Shown piece after piece: positions 61,050 to 64,000 of a stretch of 64,000 nt of DNA. The stretch is from assembly GCF_040938485.1 (NCBI RefSeq), contig NW_027271115.1:3162001-3226000 (forward strand), in the 5' to 3' direction. A program made the position numbers and the translations under genes. Under the pieces are notes generated by a model. It was not told the DNA's origin, did no database searches, and saw only the letters and a list, made by a program, of their open reading frames with translations. Each line of letters opens with the position of its first letter. The first letter of the stretch is position 1. This stretch comes from Diadema antillarum (Eukaryota).

Positions 61050-62060
61050 AAGAAATAGAAAAATATTCCCTACAAAATGATTTTAAAAATGACAAAAATC
61101 GGATAAGAAAAAAAGGAAGATAGGACATTTTGAAATTTTACATTTTTTCGGAAAACATTTCTTGACCAGTCCTTATGAATATTATTATCTATATTCAAAT
61201 GACCGAGTTGATGATGTCATACATTGTAGTTTGTACCCTCACAATTTTTCATGTGTGTTATATGAAATTTGAAAAACAAATTATTTTTAGCTAATACAAG
61301 TAAAAGCGTGTTCCTATACCAACATGTACTGTATATCAGAGTATAATAACATTTGTTCTTTTTTATTTTGTGTGGTTTTAAAGAATATTTCAAGTTTTGG
61401 TACCTCAAAAGTTTCCCTGAGTTTCCTTGTCTTAGTTTGTGTTTCAGGTTAAAGTACCTTTCATATAACTAACACTGTGAGACTTAGATACTCGCCCCAA
61501 AGTGCTCTCATGTCTTAGTAATCATGCAATAATGGTTTCGTACCAGAGCAGAGCAGGCTCTGAAAAATTCGAACGAGCCGTTAGTTTGACTCGACGCGGT
61601 ACCACGAGAATACACGTATTGTACAAGACCATTATTGCATGATTACTAAGACATGAGAGCACTTTGGGGCGAGTAAGTCTCACAGTGTTAGTTATATGAA
61701 AGGTACTTTAACCTGAAACACAAACTAAGACAAGGAAACTCAGGGAAACTTTTGAGGTACCAAAACTTTATATTATCTTTAAGACAAGATTTATATTTAT
61801 ACAGCTGAAATATGAGATTTTTGTCATTTCTGTATGAAATGAATAAGAAATTGTGAGAGCATGACATCGTCAACTTTCACTGATTTGAATATTCACAAGG
61901 ACTGGTCAAATAATGTTTTCTGAAAAAATGTGACATTTCAAAATGTCATATCCTCCTTATTTCTTATCCGATTTTTGTCATTTTTGTATCGTCCTGTAGG
62001 GAATATTTTTCTCTTTCTTTTGAAGTTTATTTATTTTTGCTGGGTGGATTTCCTCTTTAA
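61050..62060. mobile_element. family C element with nested foldback MITE (61392-61768)
   Basis: Outer sequence matches 20421-21016 (right end gtggatttcctctttaa); insert has ~145-bp arms aagttttggtacctcaaaag... / ...cttttgaggtaccaaaactt. Confidence 0.8.
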
Positions 62061-62837
62061 GGAGAACTGCTTTAAGGCACTTCATGAACACATATGATCT
62101 ATGTTCTGATTCCTCCATATAATGCCAATATCTGTCATCAGAGTATTTGCTTGCCTGCCCTCCCAAGGCTCCATTGTCGTTGCATGTCGACCATCTGATT
62201 CCTTATTTGCCCTTTTAATAGTGGGTGCAGAGGTACTGTGTGAGTGAGTGTGTGAACACACCATGGTGCAGTGTCCTGGTATAATTGATTTTGGGTATAT
62301 TAATGACCACCCTACGAGTAGACTGGTTTGCCGTGATGCTGGCAGCTCTGGAATCAATAACTTGGCAGTTATTACGTAAGAGTGGGATTAATGAAGAGCA
62401 AGATTGATTTCTGTTCTATTTTTTACCCCTTGCAAGATTGTGGCGGCCAGTGATTACACGTACAGTATGCATGTAAATAGAGCCACTTTGCATACCCATG
62501 TACGTCAGTGTTATGACGTATGCTGTCTACGTTGTCACTTGGTTGCAGATTTCAACACTTCAAATTGCATGAATAGTCAGTTTAAAAACTGCATTCACAG
62601 TCATGATTCCTTTATTCGGGCTTGTAATGTGGTAATTGTGTATTTTTACATACTGTCTGTACAATATGTCACTAGAAGACAAACTAGTAAGCAATGCAAA
62701 AAAGATGAGATAAGTTCACATGGTGCAAGTGAGCAGTTACAAATAAACAAACAAACAAACAAACAAACAACATTGTGATCAAGGATTAAAATGAGTATCA
62801 TTTAATCAAACTTGATACATTTAAAATGATCTGCTAC

Positions 62838-63040
62838 AACTATGAGAATGAATTTGCTGGGAGCTAGTGTATCGCCTTGAAGTGCTCCAGCCAAGATCTC
62901 AAAAAACTCTGTTTTGCCATCGGAAGTGATGATCTTGGTTCTGGTGTTGATTTAGAGCAGGGATATCAGGTCAACGATCTTCTTTGGGATGCCATATTAT
63001 ACCAAAAAGATTTTCTTGAGTGTGCCCCGATCAACAGAGT
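62838..63040 (-). mobile_element. non-LTR retrotransposon reverse-transcriptase remnant
   Basis: YGIPKKIVDLISLL*INTRTKIITSDGKTEFFEILAGALQGDTLAPSKFILIV: the RT YGIP and QGDTLAP motifs with an in-frame stop. Confidence 0.8.
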
Positions 63041-64000
63041 TTTATAATATTAAAAGTCAGGCCATCATTTATTTCATTAGATATGTTGTCACTTCCACAG
63101 ATACAGTATATGTTGTGCATTCATTGCTGTGAGACCAGCGTTGTGCAACTTTGTGAAATGTTACTACACTAGGTATAAATGACAATATACAAACATATTT
63201 CCACTGAAACATTTCATATACATGGTCCTTTATCAAAAAAAGAAAAAAGAAGAAGAAGAAGAAGAAGAAATTACATGATCCTGAAATTACTACAAACTGT
63301 ACGTGTACACGTACATCTAATGTTACATGTAAAACTGTAAGGATATGATTATCGGCAAAGTTGACACTAAAAGCTGCACACTGAGTGGGCTACCCAGTAT
63401 TCACCATATTGCTGTTTTTAAAGGATGAGATTTAAAGTTGCAAATGTTTCTTTATATCCTCTTTAAAAAAAAAAAAAATCATAATGTTCACTGCCTATTT
63501 CTCTTCTATACTCTGTTACTATCCATCCAATTAGGTGATGTTAGAACAGGCAAGGTACAAGAATGTTCGTATGGGCTGAATACATTATGAAACTGGCCTT
63601 TTGAAAGATGATGCTGGACCTTCAAAGTTAATGACTATTTGATTCCAAGCCAACTTTCAATTTGCTAGAGCTGGGGAGAAGGGTTTAGCCATGATGTGCC
63701 TGCATGCATGCTCATTTAACACACATACCGGGTACTACAATGTAGTTGATACCTTTGTGTGTTTGTGGTATAAAAGTAGGAAAAGTGCTTTTTAATTTAT
63801 CAGTGCATACATGTACATTGTATATAATGTACAATGCAATACATTGTATCCAGTGGAAAAAGCGCTCTAAAATATCAACTATCATTATATTTTTGGAAAG
63901 AAGAATGTTGAGTGAAGTACATTGAAATAGGAAATATCTATTACCAGATGGAAAAAAGGAATGAATTTAATAATACATACACTGTAGATGACAGTTTGTA

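Overview
Eukaryotic, intron-rich genomic DNA; probably an echinoderm such as a sea urchin (inferred from repeat style only). The ORF track is almost all noise, and the real genes appear only when exons are joined at GT-AG sites. Five genes were reconstructed by hand. (1) The last coding exon of a UBC9/UBE2I SUMO E2 (+). (2) A complete 4-exon KDEL receptor (+, 212 aa). (3) A complete, apparently uncharacterised 221-aa secreted saposin/Canopy-fold protein ending in KDEL (+). (4) An 11-exon GNPTG (-) whose terminal exon is ambiguous. (5) The first exon of a KCTD5/2/17-type BTB protein (+). Introns and spacers are packed with non-autonomous DNA transposons (TTAA, TA and Helentron types, some nested), a 775-bp foldback palindrome, LINE fragments and microsatellites. 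There is one 265-N assembly gap. The best leads are the orphan KDEL-tailed saposin protein next to the KDEL receptor, a duplicated ~115-135 nt element with an invariant 26-nt core at the GNPTG 3' end, competing GNPTG last exons, and linkage matching the human 16p13.3/7p22/22q13/17q25 paralogon. All homology calls come from recall of the families; no database searches were run.
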